Part shown: positions 50,191-63,123 of the stretch, one piece after another | Layout of the letters: every line of letters begins with the position of its first letter | Numbering within the stretch: the stretch's first letter is position 1 | Source: the human T2T-CHM13v2.0 reference genome, Homo sapiens | Direction of reading: 5' to 3' | DNA: 64,000 nt | Assembly: GCA_009914755.4 (NCBI GenBank) | Contig: CP068257.2 | Span: 43,296,001 to 43,360,000, forward strand | Translations under genes and position numbers: made by a program | Notes under the pieces: model-generated | Told to the model about the DNA's origin: nothing | Seen by the model: the letters and a program-made list of their open reading frames with translations, nothing else | The model's database searches: none

Positions 50191-53100
50191 GGCGCCCACC
50201 CTGCTGTCTCAGGAGAAGCCCCCATGCTGGGCCTATGGCCTCTCGGGCTCTGGCATCCCCCACCGGCCCCGATGGTGGCGGTGACCACACGCAGTCGTAA
50301 GGACGGGCGGCGTGAGGGCCCCGCTGAGCCGAGTGTGACCTGTGTGCTCCAGCCTGGAGCTGGCATGGCCGGGGCGCCCTTCATGGGTGGCAGAGTCCTG
50401 GCCTCCCCGCCTTCCCAGTGGGTAGCACACTCCCCTCTTCCCCCGGCCTTAGCTCTGGATTTCCTGGCACAGCCGTGATTACTCCACCTCGGCCCCCTCC
50501 CCTGGGCCCGGAAGACTAATTAACCCTGATGTTTAATTGGAGAACACGGCCGGGCCTGTGTCTGTGCGGCTCCTGTGGGATGGGGGCAGCCTTCTGTCTC
50601 TCCCCTCTGGAACTCTGCATGGCTCCTGGGTGGCCTGGGGTTTGACTGGACCTGGCCTTTGCCCCACGGCCCCTCCACCCCCGGCGAAACTGCCCCCACC
50701 CACACAGGGCCTGGCTCCCGCTGCCTGAACCCTGTCCCTGGCAGGGCCCACAAGCTCTGTCTCATTTGTGCGACAGCCGTGATCCCTGCTCCAGCCCGCC
50801 CCCTCGGAGCTCAGCCACGGGGGCATAGGATGGCCACAGGAAGTCCTGTCCCCTGTGCCCTTGGGCCGGCCCTGAAGTCTCCCGGGAGGGAAAGGGGTGC
50901 CTGTGGGAGGCGGGAGAGTTCTGATTGGAGGGTGGTCAGCCCTGGGCCCTGGAGAGACAGCCCCAGTGGGGACTGAGGAGGGTGGAGGTGAGGCTGGGCG
51001 GGTAGCAGGCAGCTTCCGGCCAGGAGGTGCTCGGGGACCAGGATCCCCACTCCCGACTTTGCTGCTTTGGGATGAGCTCTGGCAGGTGGGGCGCAGGGGC
51101 AGGCAGAACTCAGGCCCATGTGGAACAGGCGGGGACGGGCTCGCCGGGCCTGGGAATGAGCGGGGCCTGCCGGCCTCCCAGTCTCATGGCAGGCTGCTTG
51201 TGAGAGAAGACCCGAGTCCTGGTGGCTTGTGTTTAAAATGCGGTGGGCCTTTCCGTCTCAAAGTGAGAAGTCTGGGCACAGGCAGTCCCAGCCTCTACGA
51301 TGCCATTGGTAGCCCGGGGCCACCACCCTTCCCTCGTTCTCATGCCAAACAGCTGCCAGAGCCCCAGCTGTCACGTCTGCATCCCAGTCCCCGAGATGAG
51401 GCTGTGGGCCCCACAAAGCTGGTGCTTTTGCTTACAGGTACTGAGCATGGAGGCAGCAGGGAAGCTGGCAGGAAGCTCCCTGCCCTCCAGGGAAGGTATC
51501 TGTCCCCTGTTGCCCAGGCCATGGGCAGGGACAGGAAAGCAGCTTGCAAATCCTCTGGGGTGACTGGGCTCGGGCAGGGGCCCCATGTCACAGACGCTCC
51601 CAGCCCTGCAGGCAGGAGCTTGCATTTTCCAGAGAGAAAGTCCAGAGCGGGTGGGGGGTGAACGGCGTGCCAGGGCTGATCCTCTGTCAGGCCCTTGTGG
51701 TCTGGTGCTGCTGGAGTGCTCTAGGGGGAGAGGGTGCCTGTCCCAAGGAGCAGGGACGGTGCCCTGTTTGCTGCAGAAACACAGGCACACCTGCTGTCTG
51801 TTAGAAGACAGCCGCTTACCTGCACCCCAGTATGCCCCCAGGAGATGCCTGCACCACCTCTGGGAGAGAGTGGGCAGCTCAGCCAGGGGCCCAGGCCAGC
51901 CCGGGCAGGGGTGGCCAAAACCCATGCCAACAGGACATCTCTGGCCTCTGGGGACAGAACCCGGCACCATCGAAGCCTCAGGAAGGCCTGGACTCTGGGG
52001 AGCCCTCCACAGAGCTGGGAGGGAGCCCCAGGGCCTCTCTGTTCCCATCGGCAGCTCTGCGGCCTGCGGTCCCGGGTTCCTGTGTCCGCTGACCACATGC
52101 CATGATCGCTGCCCGCTGGAGAGCAGGACCCAGGGTGAGGTCTCTGCCCCCAACATGAGGCCCAGTGGGTGGTTTGCTATTGGCTTGGCCTCAGACCTGG
52201 TGGCTGAGGCTTTGGGGAGGTCATGCTCCCTCTGTGGGCCTCAGTTGACCCTCCTCTGTAAGCCAGGGGAGCTGGAGTGGACCCCTGAGACCCTCCCGGC
52301 AGCTCTGTTCTGGGGCTTCTGTGCCCCTGTAATGGACGCGCTGCCTTGGCCCCAGACCCCATCCTTTGGCGGCTGCTGCTCCCCGCCTGTTTCCACTGGA
52401 CCCTTCAGCTGCCAACCAGCCTGGGCCTCCCCGCCCTGGGCAGTGGGCACATGGCCAAGCCCAGCTGGACTGACCCTCAGGGCCCTGCTGAAAGTGCCAC
52501 CAGGAGGCATCTATGCATGGGTGTCTCGAAAACCCAAAATCCTTTCCAACGGGCACTGCTGCTGGTCAGTGTCAGCCAACCTCTGTGGCCTGGTGCATGG
52601 GGAGGGTTGGGGCTCCAGGTCTGCAGACACGAGGCAGCAGCCACCTCTGCTCAGGATGGCGCAGGGCCCTGGGATCCCTAGGACCCAGCCCGTGGACCCC
52701 AGGCTCCGGGGTGCCATGCTGGTCACGTTCCTCCTTCCCAGAAGCATCCTGGCTCCCCCGGGCTCAGTGAGAAGTGGCCGAGGACTCAGGCCAGAGGACA
52801 GCTGAGCCCCGTGGCACTTGGGTCCACTCAGACAAGGCCCTGCCTGGGGGTGATGCCGGGGGCCGGGGTGGTGGCCGTGCTGACCACTGGCTGCTAGGGT
52901 GGGGGGCCCCATACTCCCCACTCAAGCTTCGGGGGTGGGCTGGTGTCCAGGTTTAGACGAGGCAGGTGGGACCCAGAAGCACAGGCTGCTTACAGAGCAG
53001 CAGGTGGTTCTCATTGCCAGACGGACAGGCCTGGGACCAGCCTCTCGGCCCTGGGGTTCCTGTGTGCTCCAAGGACCTGCGGCCTCGGCTGCAGGAGAGG

Positions 53101-54134
53101 CCAGTGCAGCCAGGCAGGCCCAGCTCCGAGAGCCAGGCTGGGGTGGGCTTCCCGCCGGGCACTGCTCCACCCGCCTTCTCCCTGAAGGTCCCATTCCACC
53201 ACAACTGGAACCAAGGCCTCTGCTCACCCCCAGGCCCCCAGCAGTGTTGCCCGCAGACTCATCTCTGCCACGTCCCCCATCGCAGTCTCCTCCCAGCGTA
53301 CTCCAAGGCTGCCTCCTCCGAGGAGCCTTCCCAGCTGCTCCGTGGGTGGCCCTGTCCCTGCCCCTCCCTCCCGTGGCCCTGTGCATCCCTCCTGGCCCTC
53401 TTTTCCAAGGCCGGAAGTCAGACACCTTTTGGGATCTGCGTGCCTGAGTCCTGCGGCCCTTCCTGGAGGGGAAGCTCGGCAGAGCCCCCCAATTCCCTCC
53501 CACTCCTCAGCACCCCTTCCTGCGGTCCCTGGGATGGGGAGGGCTTATTCACAGCCGACTTGGCCAGGGAGGTGTGGGCCAGGCCGGAGCCGCTGCAGGC
53601 GCTTCACCCAGACAGGCCGGAGCCCGTGGGCTGGGACCAGGGCAGAGTCGTAGAAGCTGCACAAAGATGTTTAGGGGCCACATGCTGCCGTGGAGGCCGT
53701 GCAATGAAATTGGCCCCATCCAGAGCCCCCGTCCTTGGAAGAACAACTGGCCTGTGGCTGTGTGGGCTCCTCAGGTGGCCCCCCCCGGGGCGTGGAGAGC
53801 GGCCGAGCCAGGGCCAGTGCTCTTGGTCCACACGGGCTTCCCAGCCGGCTTGCAAGGTCCCCGTTCACCCGATTCCCCAAAGGAGACCTCCTGTCACGAC
53901 AACGTGAGTGCTCCACAGCCAGGGGAGGTGCTGCAGCTGCAGAGGATGGGCACGCGGCACTGACCCCTGCCGAGGGGGCACCCAAGCGGCCTCGTCCTTC
54001 CCGCAACCCAAGGAAGGAAGCCCCAGGGTTTCCCAAAGTCCTCAGGGGAAAGCCTGCTGAAAAGCACAATTGCACCTAGAAAGTCAAGGCACACCCGCAG
54101 TCTCGCCCGTGCTCTCTGGGGCGGAGCTAGGGGG

Positions 54135-54320
54135 CATGTGTGCATGCATGTGTGTGCGTGTGTGTGCACGCCTGTGTGTGCATGTGTGTGTGTGCACATG
54201 TGTGCATGTGGGCGCCTTTGCGTGCATGTGTGCATGTGTGTGCGTGTGTGTGCGGGCAGGCGTGCATGTGTGCGTGTGCGTGCGTGTGCGTGTGTGTGCG
54301 TGTGCGTGTGCGTGTGCATG
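54135..54320. repeat. Imperfect (GTGTGCRT)n / (GT)n-related simple repeat
   Basis: catgtgtgcatgcatgtgtgtgcgtgtgtgtgcacgcctgtgtgtgcatgtgtgtgtgtgcacatgtgtgcatgtgggcgcctttgcgtgcatgtgtgcatgtgtgtgcgtgtgtgtgcgggcaggcgtgcatgtgtgcgtgtgcgtgcgtgtgcgtgtgtgtgcgtgtgcgtgtgcgtgtgcatgg. Confidence 0.9.
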
Positions 54321-55921
54321 GTTTCAGAGGCAAACCCAAGCATTCTCAACCAGCATGTAGGCATTTGCTTTTATGCACGCAGTCTATCAGAGTAGGGATG
54401 AAGCCCATCATTCCTAATTGTGGAACACTTTTGTCAGGAGATTTTATTGACTTTCCTCTCGGTGCCCTTTGAGAAAATTGTGTTTTTCTATTGTTTGTCC
54501 TGCTGGCAGGTGAAAGGTGTTTTCCTCCTGCGTGCTGCACAGCCTGAGTTTCTGAAGTCCCGAGCTCACGGACGGGAATTCCTGGTCCGGGCTGTATTTT
54601 GCCTGCTGGGGCCTCGTTTTGGAGTTGTCCTCTGCCCATGAGTGAACTGGCCCGTAACCTTCTGTTCCAATTTCATATTCTGGGGCAGCAGAGGGTTCCT
54701 CCTGGCTGGTATCCGGCCCTGGCTGAACAGAGGCCTGCCCTGCAGCTCAGGAGTCGTGTCTCTGACGCCTTGGGGTTGCAGGTTTTCAGCAGTGTCACTG
54801 AAGTTGCAGCCAGTAGGGACGGGGACGTGCTTGCCGGCCACCTCCCTGCCCCTGCCCTGCCCTTGGCAGGTGGTCCCCCAAGGCGGGACCCCACCCTGCC
54901 TGCCCTGCTGCTCCCCGGCCTGGTGCGCATAGAGGTCAGGACCCCTAACTTCTCCCCTCCCCACAGCTGCAAACCTTGCTGGGGGCTCAGAGCCAGGCAG
55001 CCCAGGCCTGAGGGAGGCCTGTCTGACAGCAAGGCTTCTGTGTCGCTTCTCAGGACCAGGTGTCCTGTCTGTCCTTGTCCCCACCTGGAACTTCCCCCTG
55101 GGTGGGGGTCCTGGGGTTCTTTGAGGCCGCTGCTGCCCACTACTACCTGCTACTCCCAGGGGTCCCAGCACTGGTCTGGCCCTCTTATGTCCTGATGCTC
55201 GGGCCACTGTCCTGCTCCTGACATTCCAGGATGAGCCCCATCCCTGTGTTCTCTGGGTTTGTGGGCCTCTGACAAGGTTGTTCCCTTGAGTTTCTCACTA
55301 GACAATCCCCTCCCATCCTACCATGGGGCCTGCTCCTGTCTCCTTGTCACTGTTTGATGAAACCCTGTTTGTGGGATTCCACACTCTGGCGGGTGAGCAT
55401 GCAGCTGAGGTCGGCCCCCTGGGAACAGTGCCACTGCAGCTGCAATGTGCACACGTGAGGCACCCCCCAGGCACACAGGAAGGCTGGAAACAAGCCCTGT
55501 GTCTCACTGAGGTGAGAGGTGCTTGGACACTCACCCGATGCCCTCCAGAGCCGCTGTGAGGTCAGAGAGGAGCTGATGCCGCCGTGGCAGACAGCGCGGG
55601 GCAGCTTCCAGAAGGTGGCCAGAAACACGCTGGGAGGAAAACTTCTCATCTGAAATGTTTTTATTATAAATGAGAGAATAGAAAATAGATGAACTAAACA
55701 TTCAATTTCAGACAGTAGAAAAGAAAACCACTATAAGCCCAGAGGCTGAGGAAGCAGACCGTTGTGCGAGGGGAGATGAAAGCCAGGCTTGGCTTGGCAG
55801 ACGGAAAACAGCCGCTGTGATAAACCCAAGGCCGAAAGCCGTCTCCGGGGAGCAGCTCGCATGGCACCTGGGTGACCTGACAGCTTTCTGACCTGAAGCC
55901 ACCATCCGGAATGTGATTCAT

Positions 55922-56060
55922 TCCCTCTCTGCCCGGAGGATCCGTCCCAGGAGGGTCAGGAGCAGCCCTGGGGCCGGATGACCACGGCGTCCCCTCTCTG
56001 CCCGGAGGATCCGTCCCAGGAGGGTCAGGAGCAGTCCTGGGGCCGGATGACCATGGCGTC
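55922..56060. repeat. Tandem duplication, 69-bp unit x2 (cctctctgcccggaggatccgtcccaggagggtcaggagcagYcctggggccggatgaccaYggcgtcc)
   Basis: Copies start at 55923 and 55992 and differ at 2-3 positions. Confidence 0.9.
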
Positions 56061-57051
56061 CCCGGACCATTCTCTGGAGCTGGCAGCCTGGGGCAAGGCA
56101 CGTGGCCTCTCTGTGCAGCACCTGGCTCTTGTGTAACACGGATGGTGGCAGGCTCTGGGCAGAGGAGGGTGGAGAGGCCTAAGGTGCCCATGCTGGTCTG
56201 TACGTCGGACGGTGGGGCCGGCCTGCGCCCCGCAAGCAGGAGCTGAGCCCTGGGCCTGCAGATTCTGTGGTGTGTCGGTGCAGTGCTCAGCATCAGCCGT
56301 GACGGTCACACTGGCACTCGCTGTCTGTGTCACGCATTCGCATCCACTGTCAGCGCGTCACAGTGGCGTTCGCGGTGAGGATGGGGCGTTGCCGTTGGCC
56401 GGTGTCTCAGTGCACTGGCTGTCGGGCTGGTCCCCCTGGGTTCGCTGCTGGCGTGCTTGTTCTCCGAGCACTCGCCGTTCACGTCCTCTCCGTTCCACAC
56501 TGGCCTTTGCTATTTTCTCCACGCGGGTCTTATGGATGCTGTCCGAGCTGTGGAGCATCTGCCCTCCTGGCCCTCCTGCAGCTCGGGCTGTGCTCTGGAT
56601 GAGCGAGGGCAACGTTAGCTGAGCGTGGGGGGCCTTGAGGTCTCTGCTGCACTTTCCCGAAGGCTGAGGTCCCTGGGGACCACTGAGCCGCCCCATGGGC
56701 CCTCACAGCACTGCCGGTGCCAGAGGGCAGAACTCGGACCGACTCTTGCCTCATCTGCCCTCTGTTCCGAGGAGAACCCTTCCGGACTGGGCCACAGGGA
56801 GTCCAGCCGAGGTTCGGAGGGTGGTCAGGGGTCCGGCTGCCCCAAGGGGGTGCTTCTCAGAGCTTTGGGAAGACACCGGAGCCCAAGGGTCTGGATGGCC
56901 GTGGCTGAGCTGGGTCTGAGAGGCCAAGACCAGGAGGGCGTCACATGCACTCGTGTCAGGGCCAGCTGGGATGGGAGACTGAGGCCAGGGCGGGTGTCCG
57001 GGTGCCCCCCACAGCTGTGCTGGGGCAAGTCTGGGGACACCACCTCCTCAG

Positions 57052-57432
57052 CCCTGTCCAGGAGTGTGGACCCCAGGCATCAACTGTCCAGGGGCCTGTC
57101 CAGGAGTGTGGACCCCAGGCATCAACTGTCCGGGGGCCTGTCCAGGAGTGTGAACCCCAGGCATCAACTGTCCAGAGCCCTGTCCAGGAGTGTGGACCCC
57201 AGGCATCAACTGTCCGGGGGCCTGTCCAGGAGTGTGAACCCCAGGCATCAACTGTCCAGAGCCCTGTCCAGGAGTGTGGACCCCAGGCATCAACTGTCCG
57301 GAGCCCTGTCGAGGAGTGTGGACCCCAGGCATCAACTGTCCAGAGCCCTGTCCAGGAGTGTGGACCCCAGGCATCAACTGTCCAGAGCCCTGTCCAGGAG
57401 TGTGGACCCCAGGCATCAACTGTCCAGGGGCC
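57052..57432. repeat. Minisatellite, 42-bp unit x9 (cctgtccaggagtgtgRaccccaggcatcaactgtccRgRgc)
   Basis: Nine units with a period of exactly 42 (tgtc at 57055, 57097, ...). The 14-codon periodicity explains ORFs 56625..57464(+), 56945..57550(+), 56956..57483(-) and 57048..57470(-). Confidence 0.95.
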
Positions 57433-58442
57433 TGGGGCATCCATGGGCCACACGGCAGCGCTGAAAACACAGGGCCCTTGCACCCAGGGCAGACCTCAGC
57501 ACAGTTGGAGACATCACTCCTGCCCTCCTTGCGCTCGGCCCGAGAGCTAGAGCTTGCTCAGCTCAGCCCCAGGAGGAAGCAGAACCGCAGCCTCCAGAAC
57601 ATTGGGGTGACCCCGTCGCTGAGGGTCCCCTGGCCCAAGGCCAGCGTGTGTCTTCCGGGGGAGGAATGACCTCCGGAGCCGCCATCCCCAGCCTCGGCAG
57701 CAGGGGCTCCAGGGTCCGGGAGCCAAAACTCAGCAGCTGCTGGGTGTGCAGGGAAAGTTGTTTAGATAAAATCCAAACAAGCACCTCATATATTACAGGA
57801 GGCTGTAAAACAAACTTAGCCTTGTGCTAATATTTTGGTTTGGTTTCCACTATCCACACCTAGAAGAATGTGCGCGCCATCCCAGCCCGGCGGTCAGTAA
57901 CATTCCAGGAGCTTTGGGGAGCATCTCCATTGCCAGTCAAGAGCCAGGCGCCACGCACCCCAGTCCGGAGGGACCGCTCAGCCTCGGGCTAAAAAAGGGA
58001 GAGAGCGCAAGCAGACAGCGTCCACAGCCGCGTCTCCAGGCCACAGCGGGCACCTGCAGGGCAGCTGGGAATGGGAAGGGCAGAGGCGGCCAGAAGCTCG
58101 TGCCCTCACTGATGCCGGCCCTGGCAGTTCTTTCCAAAAATCTTCCCACTCAGCTCCCCGAGTCCCACGGATCAGGCGCCCTTAGCCTGCTGTGCAGGGG
58201 GTGGGGAAGACTGAGGCACAGAAGGCCGGGCCCCCCAGGCACCAAGCACGGCCCATGACCCAGAGCCATGGAGTCACCCAGGCCGCACAGCTGGTGAGAG
58301 CAGCCCCAGATGAGGCGGAGCCACTGGGTTCAAGGCCAGAGTTCCTGCTGCACCCCCGACCCCTGGTCCCGCCATGGAAGGTGCCAGGAGTCATGTTCCC
58401 TGGGCTCCTCTTCCCCCAAAAGCCCCTCCTCATGTATGCATG

Positions 58443-58478
58443 AGTGTGTGTGTGTGTGTGTGTGAGAGTGTGTGTGTG
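58443..58478. repeat. (GT)n microsatellite (interrupted)
   Basis: gagtgtgtgtgtgtgtgtgtgtgagagtgtgtgtgtgcacg. Confidence 0.9.
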
Positions 58479-58603
58479 CACGTTTCCCTGCCTGAGCACT
58501 GAGCACACCTCCGCACAGGCAACTGCTGCCACCACCTCATGGTCTCCCAGTAGCCACTATGAGGAGGGCAGAGGCCACCGCCTCTAGCCCAGCAGGACGA
58601 GGG

Positions 58604-58766
58604 CCTCGTGACCCGTGGGGGGAGCAGAGCAGGGTCTGTGTGCCTCGTGACCCCTGGGGGGTGGGCAGAGCAGGGTCTGTGTGCCTCGTGACCCCTGGGG
58701 GGTGGGCAGAGCAGGGTCTGTGTGCTTCGTGACCCCTGGGGGGTGGGCAGAGCAGGGTCTGTGTGC
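58604..58766. repeat. Minisatellite, ~41-bp unit x4 (ctcgtgacccctggggggtgggcagagcagggtctgtgtgc)
   Basis: Four copies. The first is shortened (cgtggggggagcagagc). Confidence 0.9.
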
Positions 58767-59818
58767 AGGGTTCCTTGCCAGGCACGTGGCCAGCACTGCA
58801 GGAGCTGGCATTGTGGTGGCTCGGACGCCCTGACCCCGTGTTGATGTTTTTGGTGCAGCCCTGCCCGCGTGGCCTTAGGGTGACCCATGTGACCACAGCC
58901 CATGGCGGGCACAGCACAAGGGAGGCCACTTCCAGGCCTAGGGGGTTAGACTGTGGCTTCTGGCACCTGGAGGAGACTTGGCAGCCTGGGGGTGCCACAT
59001 GGTCAGGGGCTGAGGCCTCCCCACAGCCCCGTGAGCCCCGTCCTGGACAAGGGGCTGCCCGTGGCTGCCACCTGAGCCACAGCCACCAGCCATGCTGCCC
59101 CTGAAACGGGGGAGCTAACACGTGGAGGCATTTTTAAGCTGCTACGTTTTGGGGTATTTGCTACACGGCTATAGATGTCTGATACGCTGTGGGGTATGCC
59201 CTGAATGTGGGGTCTGGTTGGCCCTAGGCTAGCATCAAGCTTTGGGCAGCCAGGGCCCCAAAGCCCCCACTCCTGCCCACTGTGGCCACGCGCCTGCAGG
59301 ACCAGTCCCGCCGCTGTGTGGGCCTCGCCTCTGGACACAGGCCCCAGGACCCCCGAACTGAGGCTGGCCTGGCTCCACGTCCTCCCGCCCACTCCCGTTC
59401 AGCGCTGCCAGGCACCGTACCCTCTGCTGCCCACCAGGACCCGGCTCCTGGCAGGCCTGAGCCTCCTCCCCATCTCCCTTCACCCTCCCTGAGCACCCCC
59501 CGGGCCCATGGGCCCAGCCTGCTGAGGGTGACTTCTTCACACCCAGGCTCTTGGCCCAGCCTCCTCACCCCTGTCCCTGGGACTTCCTCCTGGCCACACC
59601 ATCCTTCCAGCAGTGCTCCCAACACACATGGCCATCCCTGGGGAGTCTTCCAGGCAGCCCTACCCACCATCTCCACCCACCTCCTTCCCACCTGCTCACC
59701 ACGAGGTCCTGTTCCCAGCATACGGCCCTGCTGCTGGCTGGGGAGGAGATCTGACCCCTCCTGGGCCACTGTCAGCATCCCCGGGACACAGTGCTGCCGG
59801 CCTCCCTTTGGAGTCCAA

Positions 59819-60110
59819 CCCTGTCCTGTCCCCACCTGCCCCGTCCCCCACCTGCCCCATCCCCACCTGCCCCATCCCCCTGCCTGCCCCATCCCCTCAC
59901 CTGCCCCATCCCCCACCTGCCCCATCCCCCACCTGCCCCATCCCCCCCACCTGCCCCATCCCCCACCTGCCCCATCCCCCCACCTACCCCATCACCTGTC
60001 CTGTCCACCACCTGTCCTGTCCTCCACCTGTCCACCACCTGTCCTGTCCTCACCTGCCCCATCCCAACCTACCCTGTCCCCACCTGCCCCGTCCTCCTAC
60101 CTGTGCTGGT
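59819..60110 (-). repeat. C-rich minisatellite (CCCCACCTGCCCCAT)n on plus = (ATGGGGCAGGTGGGG)n on minus, ~15-bp unit x~18 with variants (cctgtcctgtccacca)
   Basis: ctgtcctgtccccacctgccccgtcccccacctgccccatccccacctgccccatccccctgcctgccccatcccctcacctgccccatcccccacctgccccatcccccacctgccccatcccccccacctgccccatcccccacctgccccatccccccacctaccccatcacctgtcctgtccaccacctgtcctgtcctccacctgtcc.... Confidence 0.9.
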
Positions 60111-60673
60111 TCTGGTGAGCCTGTCAGGTGACACACCCTGGCTGTCTCCTCCATGGGGCACCCAGTGAAGCCGAGGGAGGACCCTGGGGCTGGGACTCAG
60201 TTTCCCCTCCTAGGGGCCACGAACTGGTCTGGATGCCACAGGCTGCTGAGGGAGGACAGGTCGAGGGCACCATCGAGGGTGAGTCTTGGTCGGCTGGCAG
60301 AGGGCTGGCCCAGGGAGCCCCGTCCCTCCCTGAGGGCCCCGCCTGCTCAGTACTGTGGCCTGTGGCCCGGGTTTGGCCTGTCCATCAGATCCAGCCCTTC
60401 GGCACCGGTGTCCCCAGGGCCCTGGGCTGTGAGGGGGTGTGGAGGGGAAGGAAGGACATCTGGGGGCGGCTGTCACACATGGGAGCATCGCTGACGGAGA
60501 AGTTTTCCTATAAATGCAGCTGTGTTCATGGATGTTCCAAATGGAACTGCCAGCTGGCTTTTGGTTTATGAGACTTTATTAAAGATTACATTTCTGTTTA
60601 GTTATTTATTAGGTGTTTAGCCAATATTTCTAAATAGAGGACATGATGCTGAGACTGGGGCTACATGGCCATG

Positions 60674-60772
60674 GTTGTGTGAGTGTGCGTGTGTGTGTGT
60701 TGTGTGTGTGTGTGTGTGTGCACGTATAAGTGCATGTGTGAGCATGTGTGCATGCGTGAGCGTGTCTGCATG
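60674..60772. repeat. Compound (GT)n / (GTGTGCAT)n simple repeat
   Basis: gttgtgtgagtgtgcgtgtgtgtgtgttgtgtgtgtgtgtgtgtgtgcacgtataagtgcatgtgtgagcatgtgtgcatgcgtgagcgtgtctgcatg. Confidence 0.9.
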
Positions 60773-61888
60773 AAACAGAGCTTTCTTGTTCTTGAACTTC
60801 TGGGGCCCGAGGCGTCCGAATGCTCGAGGAACGATGATCTGCAAAGCAGGATTCCGCAGCAAGTTGGTGCCCGCGGAAGCTGAGCATCAATTTGCTCTTA
60901 GGGAATTTTCCATGTTCTTCCATCTCCCCGTTTAGGTGCCAGGTCCCGGCCTGCAGGGTGGGGCTATCGGGCCTCTGCCACCTGCTTCGTGGTGAGACTC
61001 CTGGGCGCCCACAGCCTCCGCCTGGCAGGCCAGCCCAACAGAGCCTGTTTCATCAGATGGTGTTTCCAGGAGCCAAATAACAAACACACTTTCTGGAAAC
61101 AGCCAGGAGGAGCAGCCGTCTCCCAAGAGGGGAAGGAAAACAAGAGGCCGCTGCGGCTCCACTCCCCATGACCGCCTGGACCTGCAGCAGGCTGGTGCAA
61201 AGGCCCTGGAGCAGTGGCCACTGCTGTCTGCACACCAGGGCCCAGCCCATGGCCAGACCTGGGGCCGGTGGGTGTGGACTGGAGCCTGGGGCTCTGCCAG
61301 CCCCTCCTCTGGTGCCAGGCTGGTCTCCCGAGGCCCAGAGGAGGTAAAAACAGAGTCTTTAATGACACCAGGAGCCATTGGCCTTCAACCACTGCCTCCA
61401 CAGTCTGGGCACCCCAGCCAGCAGCTTGAGGGCCTGGCCCAGGCAGAGGCTGGGGCAATGTGGGATGCTGTGAGGGCTGCAGGCTCTGGTGGGGGCGAAG
61501 CTGCCACCTGCTCAGAGGCCATGGCCTCCGCCTCGGGCACCTGCTCCCAGAACCGCCGGCTGCAGGGGAACCTGCCTCCATCACCCCTCAAGCCCGGGCC
61601 CTGATGCAGGGTGAGGGGGGAAGCCTCCCAGAGGAAGATGCAGGCTTGCAGGCAGCTGGAGGTCGTGGCCTGAGCTCTGCTGAGACTCGCGTACGACATT
61701 GTGTAGAAAATCTGCTTTTTAAACTCAGCCTGCTGCAGAGATGAAAGGAGGCTCTGTGCCTGCGGCGCTTTGCCGCCCATTGGAGTTGGGTGTTGGCTTT
61801 GCATGGGACCAGTGATTCTGGCAAGCTTGGCCTGTCGGCCGGGTCTGCAGCCCTTGCCGGCTAGGGCAAGGTGTGGAACGGGAGCCAA

Positions 61889-61980
61889 AGACAGGGTCCC
61901 AGCCCACCCCCTACAGGGGACCCATGTTGGGAAAGACAGGGTCCCACCCACCCCCCACAGGGGACCCATGTTGGGAAAGA
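61889..61980. repeat. Tandem duplication, 45-bp unit x2 (agacagggtcccaSCccaccccctacaggggacccatgttgggaa)
   Basis: Copies start at 61889 and 61934. Confidence 0.85.
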
Positions 61981-63123
61981 CACGCGGGGGCTCGGGACGG
62001 GTTCTGCAAAACTTGCGGGGGCGGCCACATGGGGTTCCCAGTATGTGTGACCTGGGGATGCAGCGGCAAGGCAGCTGGCACCATGGGCAGGTAGGTGCAG
62101 AGCCAGTGAGGTGCCCAGCAGCAGCCCCGCCTGAGCCTCCAGGCCCACCTGCCTCCTTTCTCAGCCTCAGTGGGGAAGGAGGAGACTTTCAGGCCCCTAG
62201 AGTCTGACCAAGGCCCCAGCTCCAGTGCAGGACCCGTTGGCCAAGATGCAGGGGAGAGAAAGGGCCCCCCTCTGAGGTCCTCGGGAGGCTGGGGAGGACC
62301 TCTGGGGGCCGCTCAGTGGTGAGGTCTGTTCCGCCTGCCCCTGCCTGCCCCCCTCACTGAACAAGGGCATCCAAGGGCACATCAAAAAGATCCCAGAGTG
62401 GCTCTGGGTGGAAGCAAGAAACAGACCCCAAGAGGGGGCTTCACTGCCTCCGCTGGCCTGCTCCAGAAGCCGCTGGCCGTGGGTCTGAGTGCCCGTGGGC
62501 AGGCTGGCGGCTGCTGGCCTCTCAACCTCCAGCCACCAGACGGCAGTTGACACAGCCTCCTCCAGGTCCCTGGGCTCCTTTCAGCTCTGTAACCTGGGAA
62601 AGAGCTCACAGGGCACGAGCTCAGCCCTGTCGCCTCCAGGAGTCTCACCCTGTATTGTTTGTCTGCATCTTCAGCTTTGCGGGTGCCCTGAGGATGAGGT
62701 GCTGCTGCTGGGTGTTTTTTAAAGTGCCTTGGAGAAGGCGGAGTAGCTGGTGCCAGGCCAGGCATCTCCAGCCCTGAGCGGGAGGATCCCTTCCAGCCAT
62801 GGTCCAGGAGCCCGGGGCTGGGGCTGGTCTGGGGGCTCTGGGGCCATCTGCACCCTGGGGACTGCTCTGGAGGATGCCCTGGTCCCCTGTTCCCTGTGGC
62901 AGGAGGAAGGGGCTGTGGGGTGAGCCTCCAGCCCTCCCTGGGTGAGCAGATGACCCCATGTGGGAGAGGCCAGGCCCTGGTGTTTGCACGGCCTGGTCAA
63001 GGCCACCCTGGCTGGGAAGGTGCAGGTGCATCTGGAGGCTGTCATGAGACTCCCTGCCCAGGACTGGACACAGGCTAGACATGCTGCCCTCGCAGACACA
63101 GCTCCCTGGGAGCCTCATGCCGC

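Noticed and set aside
48784-50384. 396- and 439-aa plus-strand ORFs encoding HTPHTHP... and minus-strand ORFs encoding GVCGVWG...
   Set aside because: Translations of the (CCCCACACA)n / (TGTGTGGGG)n simple repeat. Compositional artefact.
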